Source of the DNA: Bigelowiella natans CCMP2755 | Taxonomy: Eukaryota > Protista > Cercozoa | Length of the DNA: 60,061 bases | NCBI GenBank assembly: GCA_000320545.1 | Contig: ADNK01000994.1 | Location: forward strand, 1-60,061 | Direction: 5' to 3' | Shown here: one piece after another, positions 1 through 11,688 of the stretch | Position numbering within the stretch: position 1 is the first letter of the stretch | Layout of the letters: each line of letters opens with the position of its first letter | Notes under the pieces: model-generated | The model's input: the letters and a program-made list of their open reading frames with translations, nothing else | Database searches by the model: none | Told to the model about the DNA's origin: nothing | Position numbers and translations under genes: made by a program

Positions 1-230
1 CCCCTGGGGGGAACAAAGGGGGGGGGTTTTTTTGGGGGAAAGATTTCCCCCCTTTGAAATGGATGAATAAGAAAAAAAAAGAGGCCCAGGTTAATAGGGG
101 GGGGGGGGGGAATGTGGGGCGGTCTAAGGAAAATGTTTGACCGGGTAAACTTTATTGAACCCTCCCCAGATATGGTCCAAATTTAAAATTTTCCCTCTAC
201 TTTCTACCCCCCCCCCCCCCCTCCCCCCCT
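1..230. other. Homopolymer-rich, probably low-quality contig-edge sequence
   Basis: Consecutive runs of G, T, A and C with no reading frame; resembles degraded read ends. Confidence 0.5.
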
Positions 231-247
231 GTTCCTCCTTCTCTTAG

Positions 248-1198
248 GTTGGTATCGGAATCGGCCATTCAGCTGCTCAAAACGCAGTTTCGCTCTCCGA
301 GAGTCCCAGGGGTAAAAGATCCCATTGCACTCGCCTATTTACTCACATCAACACCATAATACACCATCATCATCATCATCATCATCCGCTATCATTGCTG
401 TGACAACATCATACCCGCTGCTGCTACTAAATGCCACGGGGTCTCTCCACCATCTCCTCCTTTTTGCTCCTCCTCCTCCTCCTCCTCCTCCTCCTCCTCC
501 TCTTCGCCACACACTCTCTCTTCTAGGGCAACGGACAGGGGCCGGCTCGCCTCGGAGTAGGTAGGAGTAATTATACTCGGAGCGTTGAAGCAAGGAGGGG
601 GGGGAGGGGTAGGGAGGGAGGCCGTTTCTAATAGCTCATCATTCATGATCACTTCCATCAGTAACCGACAGCACGACGATGATTCGATGATTTTCAGCAT
701 TATCATCATCATCATCGTCGTCATCTTTATCTTCTTCTTCTTCTTCTTCATAATCGCCATTTTCTCATCATCCTCCCTCCCTCCTCAATCATCAGGCTTC
801 TGTCCCTGGATCGCTCCTGAGCTACATGGTACTAGCGTTTCTTCCCATCCATTAAGCGGTTGCGGACCCGCGGGGGGGGGAGGGGGGAAGGGGATGCTCG
901 CGCGCGTGGTCATCGAGCATTCATCTTGCCGCAGAGCTTGAATTCCCGGTTTTTCCTGCCAGCAATGGCGGCCGAAGTACATGCACAGCACGATCACAGA
1001 ACTGTTAATATTAACATATACGGTAGGACCTGTGGAACCCTTCGTTGAACGAGTCGCATGCCATAATGGGATGGGAGGGTACCGAACAACTTGCTAGATT
1101 ATGAAGCCCGCGTCGCCAAAGAATCTGCGAAAGAAATGTCATCGCAGTCGTCCTTCACATGAGATAGATAGACAGGGCAGCATACACACTAACACAAA

Positions 1199-1248
<50 letters not shown>

Positions 1249-1456
1249 TATGTATTTATTGTGCATTTTAAATCATCATCCTCAATTGTGCGTCTCTTGT
1301 GGAAAAAAAATGTCAAGCTGCGCCGCCTTCGGAGAGTTGATGAGTGAGGATGGTGACTCCGAGACAGGAAGTTTGGCTATTTGCATAGGTGCTATTCTTT
1401 ATCACATGCCTGCATCGGGTCGGGGGTGGGGTATAAGTAGAAGCGACTCGCATTCG

Positions 1457-1494
<38 letters not shown>

Positions 1495-1648
1495 CATCAC
1501 CGTTACACAGTAATCGTCATCATCCTTAAAACTAGGGAAAACCACCTATGATCCTGCCTTGTGCGTTGGCATTGCGGCGGTGTCCCCCAGCACGGTGGAA
1601 CTGATCGAGACGGTCAAAGAGGCGATTCGAGTGGAGATGAAAGAATAA
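248..1648 (+). CDS. 3' part of a multi-exon hypothetical protein (5' end outside the window or in the low-quality edge)
   Basis: Short AG/GT-bounded exon-like blocks between microsatellite introns, including SCAAFGELMSEDGDSETGSLAICIGAILYHMPAS and a last exon GKTTYDPALCVGIAAVSPSTVELIETVKEAIRVEMKE* (TAA 1646-1648). No family recognised. Confidence 0.55.
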
Positions 1649-1708
1649 CGCCCCGGTTATGAATGTTTGCATGTGTTTGGAATCAAAGTATGACTGCGAA
1701 TCCCAATG

Positions 1709-1800
1709 TATGAGACGAATGTAATGTATAAATGAACAAGGTAAATTTGTACTTCAATTGTCATCCTAGTTTAGCTGTGCAAAGTCGTGGCTACAGCACT
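1709..1800 (+). repeat. Diverged copy of the dispersed TATGAGACGG repeat family
   Basis: TATGAGACGAATGTAATG...TCATCCTAGTTTAGCTGTGCA...GGCTACAGCACT aligns with the copies at 23721 and 23888. Confidence 0.7.
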
Positions 1801-2242
1801 TAAAATGTACTGTGTATGTACAAGATGTACACAACCATAGCCAAAAGCAAGTAGCTATATGCGCTACATATCTCTGGGAAGAAAGCCCCTTATATCATGA
1901 CGTGTATCCGCATGCATAGCTAAACAGCTGCGCGTAGTATTCATATTGCTACTGTGTGCGTGCACATATGCGGAGGCTTCCACAAATATTTACGATTATA
2001 ATTTATTAGTATTCGCAACATGTGACAGTCCAATTACCAGCGAGCCAAGTGCAACTGCGCGCACGTACGCATTATCACAGCAACGCTCATGTGCGTGCGT
2101 GAGATGCTAGCGGCCCACATCACAACTGTGCATACAATCAACCCAATGTGGAGGCTAGCCATGTTCATCAGAAGTCACTCTCTCTAATGATAAGGTGATT
2201 TAATACTACGAATGCCGGACGGTGCTAACACGGTGAAATCTG

Positions 2243-3824
2243 TTACGTCTCGTCGTTGCTAGCAGCCGCAACATAGTCCCAGCGCCAGTACAGCATCGGC
2301 TTGCCCTATGTGATGCAGTGGTACAAACTCAATCAATCTCATTAAGCAAGTGGGGCCAACATGCTTATTACGACTGACGAAAACCTGAATGAGACTGAGC
2401 ACGAGGGATAGCTTCGTCTGTAGATTCCTCGACGCCATGGCTAGATTTTCATAAAACTCCTCCTGGCTGGTGCGCTCCTCATCGTCAACAATGTCAGTGA
2501 TGCTCTTCAGCGCAAAGAACGGCGTCTTGAGACTGTGGCACACCCAAGCGATTGCTGCTGCCTCCATCTCCTTGACGCTTGCCCCCTCTCCGTGCATTAC
2601 CTGTAAGTCCTGCATTGTGTAATCAAGAGAGTCGCTCGTCGAGACGACCCCGACTTTGAGCCCAGCACGCTTGGCCAATTTACCTAATGGGGGGGACCGG
2701 AAATTCCCCAGTCTTTTTCCGGCAGAAGAGGAGGAGAAGGAACGGAATGCAGGTGGAGTGAGAGAAAGGCCGAGTACGATGACAAGACAAGTGAAAGTAA
2801 TTAAGTGGGGAGTTGGAAGGAAAGTCATTAGCGTGCGGCTATATGGCTGAGCATGGAGGATCAGAAAGGGCAAGGCCAACAAGGACTGACCCATAATCGC
2901 CAAACTCATGCTCATCTTCGATGTCGTCCGGGATTCTCCGATGGTGGTAGATGCACTTGGACGACACGTAAACATCACCAATCTGAGCCCCGCGTGAGGA
3001 AAATCCACCCGCGGTTCCCGCTGAGATGACCACATCGGGCTGCAATGCAGCGATCGATGCATAGGCCGAAACAGCGCTTGCAGTCGTCGCCACATTGTTG
3101 ACCTTGTAACGGTTATCGCTGCCCGCCCAAACTAGGAAGCATTCGAGATCGTGTATTTTCCCAGAGTATCCGACGATGGGGAGGAGAGGGTTCCAAGGAA
3201 CGCTTTCGAACCTTTGAAGCTGGTGCTTTTGGATGAAGGGCTCCGCCTCCTCTTTCTTTGTCATTCATGGTGTCAAAGGAGACATTGTCAAATCTCGGCA
3301 AAGAGCTAAGAAATTATACTTTACAATGTCTGCACATAGATATTCTCTAATCGCTTTAAGATCGGAGTACACTCGCACAGACATTCACCAAGTTTTTTTT
3401 TGTGTCGCGAGTCTCAAACCATGGCCACAAGGATCAAAGCACTTTTAATCGGCCTAGCGAGGCTCTCCCTCATCGTCCTCTTCCCCCTCGGCTCTGGGCT
3501 AGCGTGCTGTGTGAGGAGTTACAAGGATGACATGTCCGACATTCGTGCCAAAAAGGTACATCATTACCGTTCCCGACAGCAGCAGCGAAGAAGCACCACA
3601 CGCGGCAGCACCGAGGCCACAAGAGCAAATCAGACCCCTAACGAAAAAGAAAGAGACGAGTCTGCATCTAATATCTTTGTTGGTCTGTTTGGGGGAGGGG
3701 CGGGGCTCGCGTGCGCGGACCGACCGTGCTCGGGTCCAGAGCCGACGCATCTGGGCAGCCTGGGGGTCCTGGGCTGTGCTCTGCCGCTGGAGGCTATTTT
3801 CAGCGAAAATGTATCGAAATCCAT
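2243..3824 (-). CDS. MTN: 5'-methylthioadenosine/S-adenosylhomocysteine nucleosidase, plant MTN type, multi-exon
   Basis: Spliced translation RPIKSALILVAM|KEEAEPF...VISAGTAGGFSSRGAQIGDVYVS...VVSTSDSLD...VKEMEAAAIAWV...ALKSITDIVD...FYENL matches PNP_UDP_1/MTN motifs. Last exon GKPMLYWRWDYVAAASNDET*. The 5'-most exons (from ATG 3824) are less certain. Confidence 0.92.
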
Positions 3825-4339
3825 GGTCTGTATTTTCACCTAAATCTATCGAAATCCCGGATCGTCGATGTTGTTATTGTTGCCTGCGTGCCGCAAGTAG
3901 TACTTTTTCTTGGGAAAGTTTCCGGTGATACACCTTGTCACAACCAGCAGTGTCAGCGCGAGTTAACGAGTCTTCTGGTTCGCTCTCTCTCTCTCTCTCT
4001 CACTCTGTGTGTGTGTGTGTGTGTGATGCTGGTCTTTGTGGGAAGTCATGCTTTTTCATGTACTCTCTTATGATGGGTGGATATTATTTTGTTGCCACTG
4101 TGTTTAACATTTACTCGTGTGCATGTGCTGCGTTTACAGAGGATTACTAGTTCGTTGCTTCTTAATTGAAATGTCCAAAGCAGAGAACGAGAACGTCAGT
4201 TCACAGGTTTTTGCCTAGTTGTCAACAAATCCATAAAAAGATTAAAAAAAGGAAGCGCTCTCAAATCCCTCCAGGGCATAATTGTAATTATGAGTCTTTG
4301 ATATTTAGCCAGCTAAAGACTGCCCCGAATTCCTTACTG

Positions 4340-5097
4340 ATGGACCAAATTCTTTGTAAGACAGACGCCCGCCCTTTTGCTTATTTCAACACAGTTCATA
4401 TACGCATCAGATTGTGGCGTGCAACCCTTCTGAATGAATCATTCAGCAACACCTCATCAACTATTTTAGGGCTCACCGAGCATGGGAACCTTTCTTCAAG
4501 AAGCTTCCATACAAAGACTACAACGAGAATCGTATCAACAGTGCGAAAACTGTCACTAAAGAATCCAAGATTGTGCCAGGAAATGGAAATTTCGCCGCAG
4601 TGGATTTGAAAAAGGGAGAGTGTTTCGAGTGGGGAATAGCTTCGGTAGTCAAAGGCTACGACATCAACAAAACTACCCATCTCTTCACCTGGAGCAGGTT
4701 CCGTTATTTAGCCCTGTCTGCTATATTCGGTTTCAGTGCCAATTCTCTGCCTTTAACCGACGAATGCTAACTAAACATCAGCTTTGACAAGAAGCTGGCA
4801 GCTGCTTTGAGTGGATGTGCTCTGTACTACAACACTCTTGGTGATAAGAGTAACTGCCGATGTGTACCTTATCACAAGGAGAATCGCTATGAAATGTACG
4901 CTTTGGAGGACATCAAGGCTGGGACTGAACTAACAATTAGGTGCGTGTCTTCGCAGTGTGTGCAATGATCCATGACAACTTTCGAACGATAGTTTTGAAT
5001 TCAGCGTGTATTCAAACGATTTCTACTTAGGTATGATTCCATGGATTGGAGAGATTCTATGAAGCCACTGAAGAAAATCATTCACGGAGAGGATTAG
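4340..5097 (+). CDS. Small SET-domain protein (lysine methyltransferase-like)
   Basis: Exons give PGNGNFAAVDLKKGECFEWG...LSGCALYYNTLGDKSNCRCV...EMYALEDIKAGTELTIR|YDSMDW...HGED*, matching SET motifs (GxGxFA, YN, AxxDIxxGxELTIxY). Start uncertain. Confidence 0.85.
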
Positions 5098-5749
5098 TGA
5101 GTTTGACGCACGTCGACATGCGCGCACTGATTCATTCAATGCGATGCGACATGCTAGCATGGCCACATTTCCTGGATGAATTACGCTCATGCACAGTGCC
5201 CAGACTGATGTAGACTTCTTGGCTTTGTTTGTTCATATTCACCAGAAAAATCAGCCACATGCCAGTGCGTGTTGCACAATGTTCAGTCACAAACATATAT
5301 ATCAACAACAAAAATGGCAGAACTAGACAACAAAAGTGTTGCGCGTTGTGCACCACGAGCATGATCACATGTCAAGATGTGCGTGCAACTGCACATTGCA
5401 ATGCAAGTGTGACAATGTGCGAGACGTGTGCATCGATTAATTGGATTCTGCATGCGTCAACACTTGAACAAGTTTGATTGATTGAATGCATCCGTCTTGC
5501 ATTTGCATGGCTAGATGGACATTTCTAGATTTAGACATGCACGTGCAAACCTTCATCACAAGTTCTAGAGTTCGCCCACTCTCTTCCTAGCTACCGTCTG
5601 TTCACATGTCTAGATGTCCCTGCTGCTGTGGCGTGCTGGTGCCTGCTAGCCTGCTAGCCTGCGCTGCATGTGTGATGCAATCTGTGCTTGCTAGTGCACA
5701 ATTCCCGTCAGCAGGATTTGAGCAATGCACGCATCCATCCATGATCTGT

Positions 5750-6365
5750 TCAATGCGTGCGACGAAAGAGTTTGGGCATAGCTAGAGAGCTAGAGAGCAC
5801 TCGCGTGAGCGAGCTCCAGAGCTCGCAGGCGCTGCTGGACTGGAGCCAAGTCGTCAAGACGCACGCAGGCACGTTGTGCGCTGCTTGTGATCGGATGATT
5901 GTCGCAGCATCAGAGCTAGCTAGCCAGAGAGCAGTGCGAGCTCTAGTGGAGCTGCAATGCGATGCCACGCCACGGCTTCAATGGAGGGCGCTTGCAACCA
6001 AAAATTGATGGCTCATGCACACACGCATCCGTGAAGTAGAGCGAATCCAGCCCCAACCAAACATTTTCTGCTGAAGACAAGACAAAGACAATGATGAAAA
6101 ACTGCATTTCCAAAAACGTTGCAAGACGTTTGCAGTGCACGAAACGCAGTGCCTGCTCGAACTAGCTCCACTGGTCCAGTGAGGACTGACTGGTGAAGAC
6201 TAGCAGGATTTGGATGATGGCACACTAGCTGTCATAGAGCAGTGTGACTACAGCAATATGGCGGCGACGCAAAGCATGCATCTTGAGCAGGAACTTCCTG
6301 AAGGCCACATCCAAGCGACGATCCATTGAACGTTGCATCATCACCCTCCCCATTGAGCTTGCCAT
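5750..6365 (-). pseudogene. Probable eroded gene remnant (TpA-depleted, in-frame stops)
   Basis: Minus-strand reading MASSMGRVMMQRSMDRRLDVAFRKFLLKMHALRRRHIAVVTLLYDS*...FLEMQFFIIVFVLSSAENVWLGLDSLYF is protein-like with hydrophobic segments but interrupted. It lies in a TpA-poor, CTAG-rich tract. Confidence 0.35.
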
Positions 6366-6643
6366 GGTTGGTGACGAACCAGCAATTGTGTGTCGCATGG
6401 CTAAAAATGTAGGTACTTTCCCCTTCAAAAACGAGCTGGGTCTTGCATCTGTGACATGCTCAATGTGGCTCGGCCGATGGAAAATCCGAGATGAGGAGCA
6501 GGCCAAAAGTGTAGGAAAAAAACGTTTAATGTTTATGAAGAACGACTTGCATTTTTCTTGTCGCGCAGTGTAAAACAGCCTTGTCCACGCGCATACCATA
6601 CCTCCCCCCGTCCTCCAGACTACAAAGACAAACCGTAGCAGCC

Positions 6644-8769
6644 ATGGTCAAAGGTAAGATCATGATGGCGGTTGGGCTGGTGGCCGCAGCATCTACTCTT
6701 CTACTCATGGCCGCTTCTACGCAAAGAAGACCTCTCGCTATCTTGAGCAAAGCAGGTAATCGCCGCTTAACCCCACAGCCTCGATAGGACGCGTCGATAA
6801 GAAAACTCTTTCTTTTGCTTGCTCAGCTGGATCTATGGCAAGTCGTCAGAATTCCAGGCTAGCAGATTTAAGTCATGTTCCTTGCTCAGGCCTTCGGTAA
6901 ACCGAAATAGACAGAACCCACTGCGGTGGGGCTTACATTAGATCTGCTTACGTTATTTGTGTCTACATATAGACGTGGCACCTCCCTAATGGCGCAGAAG
7001 GACCAGGATTTGAACTCTGGCCTAGCGAGACGCTCCTTCGTGAAAAAGGTACGCTCGACTTTGTTTACCCCTAGCGCACATAAACTTTTGAAAGCCGTCA
7101 TGTTGCCACCGAGGCAGCGGAGAGATACCAGCTGGCGATTGTCGTTGCGTGTAAAAAATTAGTCTACACCTACCTCTAGCATTGCTTCTTCACCGAGATG
7201 ATTTGTACAACAGACTATGCTACCCGGCATGGGTAGCGCACTGCTGTGGAAGCTACAGGATGCTGGCATCGCAAGAGCTGACGAAGAGTTCGGAGCAGAG
7301 AGTGCCCCGGCGGAAATATCAGCACCGTCTCAACTGCAGGCGGAGGTAGCCAATAGCTCTCTTCACCCTAGAGTTCCTCGCACGAATTCATATGCCTACA
7401 AAGCACAGAGATGGGAAAAGAGTGGGAGGGGGGGGGTGAAACCCACACACTTTAATTTAGCGGTCACGATATTATGCATCTCGTTGTATCATTTCTTTGC
7501 CAAATGAGATTGATGCTAATACCTATAAACAGTTCGGCTTCCTACAAGACCCTATCCTATCGTACCGTTACAAGTACCCTACGGCTGCAGGAGGAAAGGT
7601 AGTGATTCCTTCTGCAACCACCATTCCGCGCTTCGTAGGAAGCAATTTATCAACGTTCAGCACGACGACAACCATCGCGATGAACGAGACATCGATTCTG
7701 CCCACTAATATTATTTCCACATCGACGATTTCGTTTTGTTCAGAAGCTCAGCTTGATAACATCAAGGAAGCCGGAGAAGTATTCAAGTGCGGCTCCCTTA
7801 AGGTTTTCGAGATCTCGATGGATGAGCAGAAAAGTAGCAATTTGTTGTGGGTGTGTGCCTCGGTAGCTCGGTGGCTCGGTGAACTACTCTGGACTACGAG
7901 GATGCGACCTCATTCTGTTCAAAATAAATCACGAAGTCACAAAACTTGCGTCTATTCTGGGTGTGGGGGGGGGGGGCGGGGGGGGGCGAAAAAGATCGCT
8001 ACGATACGTTGTCGCCGCCTCTAAGGCGGCTGCGAAGTCCTTAGAATGCTGGTGGTTATCAATGCTCATATTGTTTGTATATTAACGGGAATTTCTCTCT
8101 TTCTCCTCCTCCTCCTCATTCTGCTTCTTCTGCTCGCTTCTGGTGCTGCCTGCCACATGTTCCACCCTCCCTCCCCTCCAGTTCTAACTTCCGACATCGA
8201 ATCGTGAACCAAATGCTCGACTACAATAACGTACGAAGGCATCTCACCATTTACTGCTCTAAAAAGTTGAAAATCATGATTCCCCCCCCCCCCCGTCTCT
8301 TTGCCGCCTGTCCCTCCCTCCATTCTTCTCGCTCTCATCCTCCCTATGTTGGCAGCATGGTTGCTGCCAATTGCCCAACCGCAATGGATGTCTGATGCTT
8401 CTCGGCATCCCTGATCGCGCCCTCTCACTTGCACTTCGTAATAAAATAGCAGTGTGGATTTTTCTTCCGTGTCAGGATGATGAAAATTGTCCACAAGCTT
8501 TCCCCCTATGTCGTCGAGCTTTGGGTATGAATGCCGAAGTCATTCTTTGCCTCTGCTCTTCCTCCTCAGGGCGTTGTTTATGCGATGTACGTTTGCCCAG
8601 CCATCGGTATCCTCAAGAGGTTTCCTCCTTCAGGGATTGCGTTTTATTTTCTCTCTCGCGCGCGCGCGCGAGCTAGCTTATATTGCGATGAAATAAAAGG
8701 GGGGGGGGCGAGGGAAAGAACACCAATCTAGATGTTCTCGGTATATTTCATTTCATTGAGAGCGAGAGA

Positions 8770-8805
<36 letters not shown>

Positions 8806-9642
8806 GTACATCTCAACGAAGATCGATCATTTATCTTCTCACTTCTAAGTCCTTTTCTTTTTAGACTGGACCTCCCAGCAGGTTGCAGACACCATCCTTC
8901 TGGACCGGTAGTTGTAAGACAGAAGAGGGGGGGGGGGGGCGGGGGTATAGTTTTCCCCTCTGTGAGATATGGTCACGCCGTATTCTGCGCACGCTGTCGT
9001 CTATGTCTGTGAGTGTGCGTTTAGTGAATTTGTGTACGTATTTGCGTGTGTGCGTGTGTGCGCCAACCAGATTGAACGCGAAGTCGATTGAGGAAGGACG
9101 ACGCTACCTGGAGGAGAACGTCGAGGGAGGGTGAGAACGATAGAAGGGGGGGGGGGGGGGGGAGCAGTTATCCGCCAAGACAAGAGAAAAAGAAGGCATT
9201 CTCCTTAATTTCCATGGGCATTGGATGAGCGTATGCGTGCGTGCGTGTCTTCGTCAAGTTCACCCCAACGAAACGTTATGACCTGCGAATTCTTCTTATT
9301 TATCCCTTCTGCTTCTCTTCGTTATTAACGCGATCGTCGCCAGACTGAAGTATCAGGATGAAGACGGGACCTTCTATTTCCAATACGAGGTCCGTGCAAA
9401 GGGGGGGGTTGGTGATGCGGGGTGTACGCTACAGGAATGGCATTAGTAATAAGGCCGAGGTCACTTAGTAGTTCGTCGTGGTAAGAAGCCGAACATCGAT
9501 TATGAGGGTAACCCTCATCGGTGTAAGGCCCTTCCGCATGGATGTAGCTGGCCTTTTTCTTTTTACAAATGATGGCTAGAGCTTTTTACGGAAGCCTATT
9601 TAATTATTGCTTGCGCACGCGCGCGCTCGTGTGTGTGTGTGT

Positions 9643-9673
<31 letters not shown>

Positions 9674-10460
9674 TGTGTGTGTGTGTGTGTAAGTGTGCGC
9701 CCTGTCGTTTTCCGTGTGACTTCGGAGGAGTGAGATGTTGCATTATTATGCATTGAGCTTCGCCTAGGAACAATGATGATACTGCAATTGTCGTTGATGT
9801 TGTTCATTTACGCTGTTGGGGGTTGGTTTGCCAGCATTTAGAACCTGGGAAGATCGTCAGAGCAGCACAGTCGGAAGGGCGCCACAATCTTGCTGTCACA
9901 GCTGCGCGACCCGGGCAGGACGGTTCACTGTAATAATAGATGAAATAGGAATAGGAGGGAGAGAGGCTACGGCGGACAGACGCAAGCCAACAGCGAACAC
10001 ATCAACAGCTTCGTTTCCAACCCGCCACTACCACCGCCGCCATTCTCATCATCATCATAATCACCATCTTCGCTAGGTATCTATTCTCACTGAATATGGG
10101 ATGCCCGGAGCCATTGTGGGATGATCTCAAGGTAGTAGGAGAGCTGCAGTAGTTTCGTTTGAGCCTAGCAACAGCTGTAATTGATGCCTCTGACTTAACC
10201 CTCCTTTCTCGCAGACTGCGTTCTACGAAGCAGCTAACTCCTTCAGGATCGACCCTCTGCAAAGCGTCAGCTCAGAGTCCGATCAGCCGCCACCGTTTAT
10301 CCCCTCCCCCCTCTCTCCTTCTTTCTCTCCTCGCGGATGATTGTACTAGACATTAGCGGTGGTTGAGGTGGGGTAGTGGTGGTAATCTGTGTCCGATTGA
10401 TGGTTTGTTGTCGGTCGTAGGTATGTTCCTCCTGATAAGGACCCATGGGCAATCCTGTAA
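6644..10460 (+). CDS. PPD5: PsbP domain-containing protein 5-like thylakoid lumen protein with plastid-targeting presequence
   Basis: Spliced exons: SYRYKYPTAAGGK|KLSLITSRKPEKYSSAAPLS|SNFRHRIVNQMLDYNN|...DWTSQQVADTILLD...GTFYFQYE|HL...GRHNLAVTAAR...YLFSLNMGCPEPLWDDLK|TAFYEAANSFR...YVPPDKDPWAIL*. RKPExYSSAAPLS and the C-terminal YVPPxKDPW are PPD5 hallmarks. The N-terminus MVKGKIMMAVGLVAAASTLLLMAAS is signal-peptide-like, and ARA|DE is a possible thylakoid peptidase site. Confidence 0.9.
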
Positions 10461-11688
10461 AGCAAAGTAAAGTTGTTTTGCGACTCTTAACAATAGTGTT
10501 GTCCGCCTTCTTCCTTATTACTATTGGATTGCACGCACATAGCAGTAGCACGATACTCCGCCATAGCGTACTGTCTGCAGGGCTTCTTCTCTAAAAATCT
10601 TCCAGCATCTATTGCCTTTCTAGCTTCTATCGGAAGCTTCGCCGATGAGTCATCGCGTCTAATCTCCTCATGCGCAGTGCGCGCAGTGCATGCTCCCGCC
10701 CCATCCATCAGTCTAGCAGTGCCGAATTAGACTGTTCAGTGCGGTGGTACGTGAGTGAGCTGGCGCAGCTCCATCCGCAAGCCATTAATCTAGCAATGCA
10801 TGCTAGCAGGCGTGCGTAAACCTGGAAATGCGACGAGCCTATCGCATGCAGCATGCCATGCTCTCTAGCTCTGCTAGCTAGCTAGCACTCCTTCTGCACT
10901 TCGATGTGCGTGCTAGCGTGAGGCATAAGACGAGGCATGCGGTCTACATGTAGCTGCACGTACGTGGCAAACAAATTGGTGGATGAAGATGCTAAAATGC
11001 GCGCATGCATCGCTGATCGACGATACGATGTCGCCGCGATCGACGCACAGCGCTGGAGCGGCAACGGTGGGATAGCTAGATAGACACAGATCATGTCACG
11101 TGTGTCTAGGTGTTGCGAATGCATGCATGTATGAGTCATCACGTGCATCACATGCCACGAATGCGCCTGTATGTCCATCATGCTAGCATGGTAGCTACGC
11201 AAGCTAGCAAGCTAGCAAGCGCCAACGCAAGTGCAATGATGCAACTGATGGGCATAGCAGCCCTGTGGCCATTCATTGTGAACAATGCTAGCAATGGTAC
11301 AGCTTCCATCATCAGTCTACTATGGATAGGACACTTCTAGTGTTGCTTGCAATGTGAAAGGCAGTGAGCAGAGAGCACGACCTAGCGACCTCGGACCACT
11401 TGCTCATCTACGTCATGGCCTTGCACACAAAGATTGAGGACACATCGCTCGCCGTTGCGATGCACTGCATGAACTCGTGTCCACGCACGTAGAATTTCAA
11501 AATCAGCGCATCGACAATGTGAAAACGCTTGATGCAAAGTCACTGGCGGCTCATCCTCATTGTCTTTTTCAAGTTTCAAAGTTTTGCTTAACGGAGCGGC
11601 TGCCAACAATCTAGCTATAAAAGCTACGTTGTCTTCGAAGCACTGTCTCCTCCTCAGCAGGGGCAGCAGCTACAGCTTCGCTTTGGTC

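Noticed and set aside
325-941. ORFs with poly-S/P/G/I/F/HT tracts here and throughout the ORF track
   Set aside because: Translations of intronic microsatellites.
3638-3657. Possible 20-nt nucleomorph-style mini-intron (GTCTCTTTCTTTTTCGTTAG, minus strand) in MTN
   Set aside because: An upstream in-phase donor (CG|GTCCGC near 3720) gives an ordinary intron of about 80 nt; no transcript evidence for the tiny one.
3400-3843. Plus-strand ORF with signal-peptide-like start
   Set aside because: Antisense to MTN exons (RPIKSALILVAM); likely a shadow ORF.
8066-8494. Minus-strand 142-aa ORF
   Set aside because: Overlaps PPD5 exons and introns on the opposite strand; no recognisable motif.
10487-10708. 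Short minus-strand ORF (EEIRRDDSSAKLPIEARKAIDAGRFLEKK) as a gene
   Set aside because: Short, no splice or family support; at most a decayed fragment.
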